DNA from: Lingula anatina
Lineage: Eukaryota > Animalia > Brachiopoda
NCBI GenBank assembly: GCA_051362555.1
Contig: CM120647.1
Location: 9,486,001 to 9,550,000, forward strand
DNA length: 64,000 nt
Reading direction: 5' to 3'
The notes under the pieces were generated by a model that was not told the DNA's origin, made no database searches, and was given only the letters and a program-made list of their open reading frames with translations. A program made the translations under genes and the position numbers. Positions within the stretch are counted from its first letter, which is position 1, and each line of letters begins with the position of its first letter. Positions 1 through 12,467 of the stretch are shown piece after piece.

Positions 1-1097
1 TGAAATAAATCGTCGGGCATAAACATCCACCAATTCTGTGCTAATCTCTGGTATTTATTTACTTCAAACATTAGGGTCCGTTGACACAAAATGACCGATT
101 AACTGGACATAAATGGCCGCCACATGTGCGCCCACTCTCTGTTTCATTTGGTCATTTTACGCTTATGCATCCGCATGTTTTCACTCATACCCTTCAGTTG
201 GTATTCCGGCTACTGTGACAAGTAATTGAACTGAATAAAATGCTTATAAAAGCGTGAACCAGGAATGAGGTATGAAGATTATTTAACAGGACTATTATTA
301 GCACCATTGGCCGGTGCTATACAGCATTTTTTTCCTTTGCGCAAATTATACGCCTTTTCTGTCCCTTCTCTTTAAGTACAAGAATGTGTTGATACAATTT
401 CTTCATCTTCTTCAACTTCCGATTCTTAATAGAATTCTTCTCATTATTATTATTATTATTATTGTTGTTGTTGTTGTTTTGGTGTTTTTATAAGATCCTA
501 AGGGATATCTGATACCAGTGTTTCATGGTACATTTGTATACACAGTAAAACGATACAGTCTTTACTTTTAAACCAATCTGGTGGCGCTGCCTGAATGAGC
601 AGAGTTTTCTTGTCTTGATTTGTTTCCAGCTGCTAAAACGAGAATGTCAAACAGACATTTCTTATTCATGCTGTTGATGGGTATGACGCACTTATATCTA
701 AAAGATGTATACATCCAACTGTCACGGCGGACCCAGGGGACCCAGTTATTTCATTAAAAAAAACTTTTTTTTAATGGCACAGTCTTCGTTGAACCCGATC
801 TTCTTTTTTCTCCTGATTGAAAATTGAAATTGTTTTTTTCTGTAATCACATATGAAAGCATACATCAATTCATACAAGGACAGTAGGTGTATTTACAAAA
901 GAACCGCCCGATGTTTATAATACATTCTCTACATGATACTGTCATGAGAATGAAGATTTACTGATATCAAATCAATAGAATAGATAAATTACCGTCTGGA
1001 TATTGAGGAGGAAACAACAAGATGCGCTTATCAATATCAGCCATGTGGTGACCCTAAACTGTTTGAATTTGTTACTGGTCAGTGCCTTTCAAAATAT

Positions 1098-1314
1098 GGC
1101 CGCATTCACAACCAAAGTTGATCCGTGGACTAACAGATCCGCGTGTCAGTCCGCTGACTAAAAGATCCCTGGATCAAATATGGCCAAACCACTTGAAAGT
1201 ATGCCATGTATTCCATTAGGGGAATATATCCAGTGTCTATAAGGGGATAATGCTGCAATTTTGAAGTAGGTCGGCCATATTAGTTCTGCGGATCAACTAG
1301 TTCTGAATGCGCCG
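1098..1314. mobile_element. MITE family B (PIF/Harbinger-like)
   Basis: TIR ggccgcattcac...ctgaatgcgccg; 3-bp TSD TAT; internal ggatcaaatatggcc / ggccatatt motifs shared with the copies at 4158, 47805 and 59833. Confidence 0.7.
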
Positions 1315-3413
1315 TATTTTCACACGAGGGGTTAAACAAGTACCGGGACGTTGCCTCTGACGTAATAATTTTATTAAACCTATAAAGAAGAATTGATAAA
1401 TTACCGTCTGGATATTGAGAGAGAGAGAGCCAAAGATTTCCTGGATTTATTCACCTTGTTTATTTGCCTATTAACATAAAGTCAGTTTGGCGGAGGTGTC
1501 TTCCTGCTGGGCTGACAACTTTTTCATGTCTCTGGCTCACGGTTAAAGCATCAAACCCCCGTCCTATGGATTCTCCCTGAACAGATAGTCCAGGCAACTT
1601 TGTAGCAATTTTCATTCGGACATTATTACTTGCGGTAATGAAATTTATAAATCGACCGACTAAAACTATCATTTCCATAATCGATTGTAGGAGTCGCCAC
1701 TGGGGTCGTAAGGACACCAAATGCATGCAAGATAGTCCAGTAATTGAAAAAGCAGACGATCATCGGAACAGTTGAAAACCACTGAAGCTAGCCACAGAAG
1801 GTCTTCCCGATCGGATATTTAGAAAATAATCGAGGTAAGTGGACGTAATGGATTTTCCATTTGTTTTGATAATCATCCAAAAATACACCGCGACGGGAAA
1901 GAGCAAGTTAATCTACTTCCTGCCTAAGGTTAAATGAAAGTATTGGTGTAACTAAACTTTAATGAGAAGCGATGAAAATCGTCTGTAAAAGAGCAATATA
2001 TCTGATTGAAAAAAAGACTTAGTTTCACAAATTCTAAGAACCTGGAATTGGGTAATGTTTTATTTACGGAAAATACGCGAACACGAGGGACATTTTGGCG
2101 TCCGTGCGTGCCTCGGGAAATAAACGCGGTCTTGGGGAGGAAATAAACCTGTCTAGGAACAAAAACTCCGTCAACTTCGAACAACGTTCAACGGTTATCA
2201 GTAGCATACATACCATGGCCAGGGCTAGTATCCCTATCTGCTAGCGGCGTGGTTTTACGATGTTTCTCAGAATCAGTTTTGAGTTTTATTCTTATAAGTT
2301 TTTGTATATATTATTAAAGCGCGAATACACAATGCGTGTGGTATGTAACAGACTGGATAATGGCTTTGTTATATCCTGGTTGTTTGCCGTGTCTTTTATC
2401 TTATAATCCGACAGTGGTTTTCTAATTGCAAATAGCAAAAAAAAAAAAAAAAAAATGATTTAATATATCTTGGCTGATTGCTAGATCCAAGTTTTTAAAC
2501 ACGCTGTGGACTTATGAGCCCAACTCTAATAAAAATAAGTTTTGAATCACTTTAATTACTCAATAACATACCCTTGACTGGTGAATCAAGATTATTTGCT
2601 TTCCGCCCAAATTGCACGTTGTTATAGACTTGAACTATGTAATGTGTCTACATGTATAATGATGGAATACGAAACCATCAACCCAAACTTAGTTTATAAT
2701 GAACACTGGCGCAATAATCTATATAGGAAAAAAATATGGTCTAGGACATGGAAAAAACCGATAAGCAATTGGAGAGGTCAGCCAAAACCCTGCTGACCTA
2801 CATAACGTCATTAAGATACACTTTTTAGAACGCGTTTGTTAAATTGACTTACTCCAACTTAATGGTGACCGTGACACTTTAAGAGCAAACTCCAGACAAA
2901 AATTTGAAGAAACTGGTGGTCAGAAGGACCTGCACTACAAGAACTCCCCCCCCCCCCAAATTCTGTTGTGGTCCGAGCGAAGTATTTTATTTCAATGACC
3001 TGGCAATTTTCTCTTGTCTGGTGAAGTGCAGTATAATCGTTACGTATTCTTGTATTAAAAAATGTTAAGGGAACGTCTACACACTAAATGCAGTGTTTAT
3101 TTCCTTAAATATCAAGTCAACGGTATCTTCAGTACGGTACATTGACCCATGTTCACAGACTTAATCTGCCGTGTTATGGAGTATCACTTTTTATGCCTAT
3201 ATTAGTTACAGTTTATGTGATATGATTTTGAAAGGAAATTGCCATTTTTGATTCCACTGCGATGACTTGTCGTAGTTTCTTTCGGACAAAATTAATGTAT
3301 GTAGCCAAATGTTCACAAGCACAACGAAGCTCTGTTTTTGCTCAAAGGTAAATAAGATAAAGTCCGTATGACTGCAAATTGTCACTTTTACAACACGATT
3401 GGGCAGCGTCTAA

Positions 3414-3627
3414 GACCCCATTCCCAGAGATTAGATCGATCCAACTAGATCGACCTAACTCCCTGGGGGTTCACGCTAAATAGCTGTCAGCCGAGCGGTC
3501 AAGAACGTTAATTACCCCCTTACAGCTTGTAGTGGGCGGGACGGACATTTAAGTCGGATTATCTGACAGTAATCTAGTGAGACTCCCCACGGGGACAGAT
3601 CGATCTAAAATCTATGGGAATGCGCCC
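3414..3627 (+). mobile_element. MITE family A copy 1 (PIF/Harbinger/Tourist-like)
   Basis: 214 bp; TAA TSD; imperfect TIRs attcccagaga-ttagatcgatc / gatcgatctaaaatctatgggaat; near-identical to 6356-6569 (inverted) and 22163-22376. Confidence 0.85.
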
Positions 3628-3659
3628 TAAGTTATTGTTACAAACAGTTATATGAAAGT

Positions 3660-3825
3660 GAATGACACGCCTCCTCTTGTTTCCAACATAGTCGTTTAAC
3701 CACAGACTTTTCTGAATTCTACTCTACTCAGGAGTAGGTGTGTCATTCTGTTAAGCTGATTGCACTCAGCGAGAGTACCTTCATAGTTGGATCGATTTAC
3801 GTAGACCGATAGTGCCTATGAAAAT
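3660..3825. mobile_element. Partial MITE family C copy
   Basis: Shares acacgcctcctc and gttaagctgattgcactcagcgagagt...gttggatcgat with 62753-63008. Confidence 0.6.
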
Positions 3826-4157
3826 GTGACCTGTTTGTCATTGCTGCAGTCTTGTTTGTATGAAATGTTTTGTGACATTTGTCACCGTGAAATGGAAAAT
3901 AATAATTTCATCTCTAATTCTCAAAAATTTCATCACTTTGGTAAGAGTGTAGTGTCTGTCTTTGTCTGTGAGGGGGGGGGGGAGGAATTGTGACAATTGG
4001 ATTGTACTGTACTGGCAATATTATTATTAAATAGGTTCCCTGTGGCATTAAGGGCTCATTTAAAATGCAATTTCTACGTCAAGTTTCAGAATACTTAATC
4101 GAAATTTGTCCCAGAAAAATAAGCAGTCTTTGAGTAATTTTGATGGGGCTAATCCTA

Positions 4158-4323
4158 GAACGCATTTAGAGCAGCAGACTAACAGACCAGCGGATCAAAT
4201 ATGGCGACACACTTAAAACTTGCCGCTTATTTTTCGATTAGACACTGAATAGATTCCCCGCTTTCAAGCGGGTCGGCCATATTTGATTAACAGATCTGTT
4301 AGTCCCCTGTTCTGAATGTGTTC
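4158..4323. mobile_element. MITE family B copy
   Basis: TIR gaacgcattt...gaatgtgttc; CTA TSD; shared family B internal motifs. Confidence 0.65.
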
Positions 4324-5546
4324 CTATTAAGCATAATTAGATTCAGATTTCTGCTCAGCGCATTCTTATTTGAACTTGGGTAATGTATAGTACCTTACCT
4401 CAACCAAAAATATCTATAATTCTCTTCAAATTTATTAATAATGATAATAATAATACTAATAATAATTTATTGAGCACTGGAATGTTTTTACATTTAAAGG
4501 CTCTCTTACTACTATGTATTATATATATTAATTGCCCGTTCTTATTGGCAACGAGGGTTTTTCTGGTAGAGTGAGACCACGATTATCGTGCTTATGGGTC
4601 TGTGAACAGGTGTTAATGGGTGAGAACGGATTAATACTGTAATCAGCGACCCGTAGTTAAGACACATGCCCCTGGGCTGAATAAATATTCTAAATATTAT
4701 CTTAGGCCTCCACTGGGAGTGTAATTGATTCTCCCTGTCATAAGAATAACACTTACTCGTATTGGTATGATTGATTACAGTTGAGTTATGGCGGTATGCT
4801 ATGCCCCCAGATTAAGTTTAGGAACCAGCCCGTTTTCGTAAGGTCAGGCACGCTTGGGTTGGTTCTCTGCTTAGGTTAGTCACAGCGTTTTGAGCACGAA
4901 GCCAGTGAACCGTTCTGACGGAAAGGTTTGCGTGCGTTTTTAACGGGGCGAATTGAATAGACTATGAAGTTAATAGCTTGAGGGCTTACGTGTACTGTAT
5001 TGGGCTCAAAAATTGCTTTAAAATAACACGAGGAAAATGACTGCGCCATAACTAGTGCAAATGTCATCGTATATGCAATGAGTTAGAGATCATCCTTGTC
5101 TTCAAAGCGCATCGAAGTGCTATCACATGTACGCGTAATTGTTCAACCGACTGTCCTGGCTATTTTTTTATCTGAAGCCGATTACTAGTAGACACAATTT
5201 TCCACACCTTATCAATCACCTATAATCGATCAATTATCTCCAGTTAGAACTAGAACAGACGAGCTTTACATAGAACTATACAGTTAAGAAACGTACCACT
5301 GAGGTCACTTGCAGAGGGATTGGTGTTTATTGAAATAAATTCACTTTCAGGGATATTTTATGAACCGTTTCTCAATAACACACAAACGTGCCCCCGGGGG
5401 ACGCCGTAGGAGGACGTTTAATTATCTTTCACCTAGGGTTAACTGCTGAGGACGAGATACATGTATGAGTATTGGTTTAGACGGTGATTTATCAAAGCGT
5501 CTGCTAGCTGCAACTGCGTCTGTTTTTCTTCCCTCTCTCTGTCTGC

Positions 5547-5550
<4 letters not shown>

Positions 5551-5598
<48 letters not shown>
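5551..5598. repeat. (CT)n microsatellite
   Basis: Directly visible. Confidence 0.95.
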
Positions 5599-5606
<8 letters not shown>

Positions 5607-6000
5607 CTGACTGTTCGTCCGTTCACCTCTCTGTCAGGATTGTTCCCAGAACAGATAATGTAATATGTTTATACTCATAATTTAATGTACATCACATGAC
5701 CCTATTATGCATGCATATTTTTAGAGACATCCCCAGGCAACTTGATGTATGATTATATATACATTGTACCATCATTAGCTGATCCCGTTCGCCTTGGATT
5801 TCTGTCAATTGGAATTAATATTCTATTACCCGTGGTGCCCAAAAGTGATTAACAGCAAATTAACTTTAATTGAAGATAACGAGAGATGACGAGGCCAAGA
5901 AAAAACGCCAATGTTCTTCTGAGATAATGTCAACATCGGTATATGCACTGTATACAGTATACATGTAGTTATCTACAAATACATGTATCGGTTATATGTA

Positions 6001-6160
6001 CAGGCCCGTAGCCAGCAATTTCAGAGGGGGAGTTCTTTTTCTGAAAAAGGGGACCTTTTACCATGAAACCTCCGTAAAGCTAGTTAAAATTTTACCTTTA
6101 CCCAGAAAAAATTAAAGGGGATTCTTTTGAACCCCTTCACCCTCCCTGGCTACGGGCCTG
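6001..6160. mobile_element. Small TIR element (hAT-like termini)
   Basis: Perfect 15-bp TIR caggcccgtagccag / ctggctacgggcctg; no clear TSD. Confidence 0.65.
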
Positions 6161-6355
6161 AGGAATATATACACACATGAATAAAATCAACATCTATATC
6201 TATATCTGTCTTAATGGTAACTGCCCAAGATGATTTGCTTTCCTATGGCAGCAGCTATCCAAATCCTTAAAAACAAACTTATGTATTCTGTGCTATAGGC
6301 CAGATGAGGGGTCAGGTCATTTCCATTCATCAAATCTTGCTGGACAGCAGAGTAA

Positions 6356-6569
6356 GGCTCTCTTCCCATAGATTTTAGATCGATCTATCCCCGCGGGGAG
6401 TCTCACTAGATGCTTTCAGATAATCCGACTTAAATGTCCGTCCCGCCTACTACAAGCTGTAAGGGGGTAATTAACTTTCGTGTCCGCCCGGCTGACAGCT
6501 ATTTAGCGTGAACCCCCAGGGAGTTAGGTCGATCTAAAGTAGGTCGATCTAATCTATGGAAATGGGGTG
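6356..6569 (-). mobile_element. MITE family A copy 2 (inverted)
   Basis: Reverse complement of 3414-3627 over its full length. Confidence 0.85.
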
Positions 6570-7269
6570 AAAATGTATAGAATTAAATAGACTGAGAGAT
6601 ATCTTGTGAAAAATCAATACGCGGTCTTAAAATTTAGAACTCCAAATTGGGGATAGGCCGTTCCCTTCTTAACGGTCTAAGAAAGGGTATATCTTGGCGT
6701 TCAAGGAGAAAATTAATGGAATTTTCAGGATATTTTATTTCACTCAATTATTTTATTTTACTCACAACATTTCATTTCATTTATTTAATTATCTTACATC
6801 ATATTTACTTAGTTTTTATCTCATATTAATTAAATCATATTGCTAATTAAATATATGATACTTATTGCATGCCTTTTATGAAAGATATTTGGCCCGAATT
6901 CCGATCAATTCTCTGAGCAGGGATCGAGTCTCAAACCGTTCTACTTCAAGTTAATTAACAAGCACCGACCTTCACAAAAAGTTAAGTGGACTTGACAAGG
7001 ACGCGTTGTCATGTCCCCCTTTCACCTCGTTCTGCTCGGCCAATCACTTTACGTCTTAATTACATTTTTTAGAATTTGGTTCCGGTTTCATCTGGAGGTA
7101 TAAGGGTGTTCTTGAATTCAGAAGTCAATACTGTCCAAGATATCTGTTTTTAATATGGAAATAGTATTGTTTACGTTGATGTTGTATTTGGAAATGTCTG
7201 ATAAAAGGTATCCTATGTACATTTAATTGACTAAAATCGTTGTGGTCCCTTACAACAGTTTCCATTGGG

Positions 7270-7436
7270 GTCCTACAGAGCATATTCTCAAGATAAGAAT
7301 TCTATAAAACATATTCCCAAGATAGGAGTCCTACAAGACATATTCCCAAGATAGGAATCCTACAGGACATATTCCCAAGATAGGAATCCTACAGGGCAAA
7401 TTCCCAAGATAAGAGTCCTATAGGACATAATTCCAA
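7270..7436. repeat. 29-bp minisatellite, ~5.7 copies
   Basis: Unit ~cctacaggacatattcccaagataggaat, head-to-tail, no spacers. Confidence 0.9.
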
Positions 7437-8045
7437 ACCTTATCCCTCATTTATCGTGGCACATTTTTTTTTTCTGAAAGAAATTTCGACAATCTAGATA
7501 TGAAAGTGACAGACAGAGAGAAGATAAAGAAGACAATTAAAAGCCCATTAAGTGTCTTTTGCAATGCTTGGATTTATAAGATTGGAAGATGAAATTATGC
7601 ATTCGAACATGTGCACTTGCTCGCAACTGTGTGGGTACAGAAAAGTGGTGCCAGAAAGTTGGTGGAGGACTGTTTTTTTCTTTATTTCTCAGCATATCTT
7701 TCGTGAAATAAAAGAAAACAACGAAATGCCAAACGAAAAACAACAGCACAGCACGCACTACATATGTTTTAAATCAAATAATCTCGGATAAATGTGCCCC
7801 AAGGGAGCTGGATTGAGATTATAAGGAGGACGCGGTTCAATGCTTCCAAAGGCAGAATTATAAGGCGCACGACATGGAGAATTACAGTACACTTTAAGTT
7901 CAAAGTACCGAGGAGCTGGTGGTTCTAGAGTTTTGAGAATGTTGGTGGGAGGGGGGGGGGTCAAGGGAACAGAAATCATTTCATTTAAGTTAATTGTAAG
8001 TTTTTTTTCTGTTTATGGGTTCACCCTTACTCCCACTGTTGTTTT

Positions 8046-8046
8046 T

Positions 8047-8082
<36 letters not shown>

Positions 8083-8083
8083 T
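8046..8083. repeat. (CTTT)n microsatellite
   Basis: Directly visible. Confidence 0.9.
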
Positions 8084-8773
8084 CGTTTTCCTGTTTTATT
8101 TTAGTTTTTTTTCTTCCGTTGTATTCAACATACAGTGTACCGGTACATGTACAAGTATATGGCTTCCATGGTTTCTTACAAACTGTATTCTCATCTCTAT
8201 CTGAAGTTAATATCTGGAGACTTAACCAGACAACAAGTTGCCATGATGTTTCCCATGAGTCTGAGAAAATGAACTTCATATATAATTCACAAGTTGTGGG
8301 ACTTGATTGTTTTTGTTGTTTCGTGTATATGCAGTGATCTCGGCGGATCTACTAGTACTACATGTACATGTATTCTCAGTAGTAAGGTGATAGAAAAAGT
8401 GATTCGGTCAGGATCAAAGGCCAAAATAAATTCAGGGACATTTTCATTTTTTTGCCTCTAGCAGAAAATTCATCTTTCTATATATGGATATATTTAAGTA
8501 TTCCAAATCTTTTCTTTTCTTTCCTATCTAACAGTGTTAGTTATAACTTTATGTAGTTGTGAGAATATCTGCCCGGAAGTTGCAGCGTCTCTCCAAATCG
8601 AGGCTGTGTACGTCAGTATTTTAAATCTCAAGTGAGAAATCGGGAGTTCCGAGTGTTTTTTCGCTTAGTGATAATATCCTAGAAGACGGTCAAAAAATTA
8701 CCGGAATTTGCGATGGATACTTCTTCGTGAACCTTTCGTCAGTGAAAAAAAAAACGTCAACCTGCTGGTATAA

Positions 8774-8947
8774 CCCTTACGAAAGTTTTCTATAGAACTC
8801 CGTGTGAGTCTCTAGGTTTAATTTCTACAGGACCTTAAGGGAATCCACAGGGATTCTATTGGACGCCAATCGGACGACCTATAGGAAACAATACTTACGA
8901 GACTATAGGATTTGGCGGCAATTTCCTATAGGCAATTTCCGTAAGGG
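8774..8947. mobile_element. Small TIR element (MITE)
   Basis: Termini cccttacgaaa / ttccgtaaggg; repeated internal ctatagga-like motifs. Confidence 0.5.
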
Positions 8948-9423
8948 AAAGTATCGTGTGGAAATCAAAAGTCCATGTTGAATGTCTTAATTAAGTGCAG
9001 CGTGGTCACAATGCCATTAGGGAAAAACGACGAACGCGGTTTTGTCCCATGGTTCTAAAAGATCGTGATTAAAAACGAAAATTAAATCCAAACAAGAGTT
9101 ATGCATACGCAAAGGTCTCCAATGTCTTAACAAAGGTCATCGGCTCTGTTTGTGTCCATGTGGGCTGCCTGGGTTCTGAAATCTTTTGGGAGAAATCGGA
9201 TATTGTTGACCTAATGACCATATAGACAAGGGTGTTATTCTGGGGGTTATGAGGACTCGTGCGCTCGATTAAAGAACACGACATAAGCGCATTTAGGGTC
9301 AAGAAGGCCCAAAAAAACTCGCGCCAAAGTACCCCATTGTGGGTTTCTGTTTGATGTGGTTCGACCTCTTCTCTATTTTAACCTGACCTTGCTTACGCAA
9401 AATGGTTTCCACTTTCTTTTCAG

Positions 9424-9518
9424 GTCGTGATACTGAATGTAGAATCATCTTTTTAAAGGATCGCACTTTATACCACGCAAGGATTAAAGATACGCAATCT
9501 GCCTCTCGGTATATTTAG
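9424..9518 (+). other. Candidate non-coding 5' UTR exon of gene A
   Basis: Branch-like ctgac near 9383, acceptor ctttcttttcag, donor TAG|gtattg; based on splice signals only. Confidence 0.3.
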
Positions 9519-11346
9519 GTATTGTCATGTTTGGTCTTGAACATAATGGTGGTCGGCAAACATCGGAACATAGCAAATAAGACCAAGAAAATTCTTACCA
9601 ATTTTTTTTTCTATATACATTTGCAGAGTTTTCATGCATCATTTAAATAATTCGTGGATCTAATTTTTCATGCGCGTCGGAAAGCCACAAGCGTTCGCTT
9701 AAATTAATCAGTTGATAGATGGAGAGACGCGTTCCAATTTTTCTGATGTCTCCGGAGTAAAGTGCCCGGATGAGGAATACGTCGTCTGGTTCGAATGCTC
9801 TCCTTGTAGCTATCTCTGGCGTTGGATAATTGTGCATAATCGAAGTGCGATAAATGAGAATTGAGTTCGTTGACATTTCACTGGCCAGCCTCCGGGGTAG
9901 AGATCTGCCATTATGATGTCGTTTTGGGTCTTTGGGGAACCATATATGATTTTTTTTTTTTTTTTTGTAAATTCATTGGTATTTCATATACATCGTAGTG
10001 TTAGTGATTCCCGAATATATTTATTGATTGAAATGGAATTGAAACATTTAGGGAATCGAATAAGCTATATGAATCCTGTTGTTGAACATCAGATAATTGA
10101 TTGTATATGAATATCATACTTGCCATGCTTTTTAATAGGTGAACATTGTTTTGATCAGTTGAAGCGATAATGGCCGCCCGCTCTCTCTCTCCCACTCCAC
10201 CCTCGTCTCCAACGTATCAGTGTAAAATGGCCCTGCTAAGGTTATTGGGATCGATCGTCGGATATTTTCTCCAAAAACGTGGTAATTGCAGAAACAAAAA
10301 AGGCACGCACACTGTCAAATACTATCGCGTACACATACGCTCGTGTGCATACAGACTGGCATATGTATATAACGTCTTTGATGTACACGTGCGTTCGAGC
10401 GTGCACAAATGTACATTTATGTATGCGTGCGCGCATAGACATATGCGCAATCATGCAAACACTAAAACACTTTCTTCAGATTCAAACATAAAAACACACA
10501 TACAAACACACGCATGAACGCTCACACACACAAAAACATACAAACACACACGCACGCACATATACACACGTAGGACGAGCACTGGGTATGACGCAGCTTG
10601 AAAAAGGAACTGGTCTTTGAAAAAATAAGAATCAGGCTCGTTATTTATTGCTATCATCAGTTTGCCAAATACCAATGTCGTATATGACTAAGATGGTTAA
10701 TGCTCATGACAATCTATCGATTAAGAACTGCTTTCTCCGTGAGACATCTATCAATTATCCTAGCGGACGTCGGGGAGCACTCAGCGGCGTACTTCAGACG
10801 GCTTGTGTACAAAATGGAGGAACAGAAATGTAATTTTCTGGTCTTTCAAGCATTGTTTTCTATATCTTCTTGCACAAGAAACCGACCAATTATATACTGA
10901 TATCTTTAATTGGTTTTTCAGTCATCACCCACCGATATCATACCTCCTTAGGTTTCGCCAGTGGGTGTTTAAGTTAATTGTGTAAAAAAGAAAAAAAAAG
11001 CGATTTGATATTATTGTATTTACTTTGTATCTCCTTAAAGAACTACTTCATGGGGGCAAAATAATGAACACGTTTCGTTATCGGTTTGATCTATATTTCC
11101 AGCAGTCGCACACAGTTCTGACCGGCATGAGGAAGAATTCACCTCCATGGGGAGTGCAATGATGAACACAACGGAATTAAATTCATATTTAAAACTACCG
11201 GAAGTGTGGTTTGTCCTTTCTTGGGACGTTATGTGCCTTCTTTTTGTCTTCCTTTCGTGAAGGTCCATATCTACTAACCGCAGATCCCAAAATAGTAGTG
11301 ACCATGATCACCATGTAGATAATCGCTCAGTCTCTCTGTTTTTTAA

Positions 11347-12467
11347 CCCCATAGGACCCAGTTAATGCTGGCCCATAAAGTTCTGCTGTGCCCAATTAAT
11401 TCTGTGAGCTAGACTTGAAAAGCCGGGTCACTTCAGTAAATTGGACATAATTTATTTGTTTGCCTTTATTACCCATACAAAGTACACATTTTTAAAAAGC
11501 CAACATTTCAAGCTAAATAAAAATAGAATTACATTTAAATTCAACGCGCTGTACAAAGAATTATGGCCGGTTAAAAACTACATTTTCATTTGATAATGGG
11601 TGAAATAAAACAAAGTTGATTTATCTTATGCACATCAATTTTTTATTTCTCCATAAATTTGCCTGAAAATTCACAGAGATGATGTCAATTATAGTAACTT
11701 TCAATTCAGGAAATTTCAGCAAGTTATCTCCATTAATTTCCAAGTTATGCTCGTTTTGCTACCAGGTATACCTACTTGAGCCAGCTTTTCAGCTCACCTA
11801 AACATCGTGGCCAGAGCTGAATAGAAGTCAATTTTTAACACCATCTATGACAAAAACATCTTTAAAACTTTTATCATGAATAAAGGAATATCTTCCTCTC
11901 TGTCTATATCATTGTCACTCGAAAACACCTGATCAGTGTCTTAGTTTTCAATCATTTCAATAACAGTATCCATTCGCAGGCCTCTTCCGTAGTGAGAAGT
12001 CGCCATTTTGATTTTACTTTCTTCAGCTAAGTCTAGGAAATAGCCGATTTCTCGCTCATATATATTTCTATCGTCCTTTACATCATAAATAAATGAATAT
12101 CATCGTCACTGTCTATGTCACTGTCACACGAAAACTTCTCATCAAAGTCCGGGTTTTCAATCATTTCAATAACAGTATCCCTTCGCAGGTCCCTACCGTA
12201 GCGAGGAGCCGCCATCTTGATTTTACTTTCTCCACCTAAGTCTTGAAAATCGCCGTTTTCTCGCTCATATATATTTCTATCACCTTTAAAAATGGTGGCA
12301 ATGAGAGACAAGAAACATACCCGGATGTTAAACTATATATCATTTTATGACTCACGATACAAAAGAGTACAGAAGACGATCTTTCCAAGATACGCACATA
12401 TGCGGTTCTGGGCGTTTGGGGTAAGCGATAATTGAACCGCACATATGCGGTGACGGGCTCTATGGGG
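11347..12467 (-). mobile_element. Non-autonomous piggyBac-like DNA transposon
   Basis: TTAA TSD on both sides; termini ccccatag / ctatgggg; subterminal repeats cgcacatatgcgg; remnant acidic N-terminal ORF MAAPRYGRDLRRDTVIEMIENPDFDEKFSCDSDIDSDDD on the minus strand. Confidence 0.8.

Noticed and set aside
7270-7436. 29-bp repeats resembling a CRISPR array
   Set aside because: The units are contiguous with no unique spacers, there are no cas genes, and the context is eukaryotic.
7933-8337. 134-aa hydrophobic ORF
   Set aside because: The hydrophobicity comes from (CTTT)n and poly-T; there is no splice or homology support.
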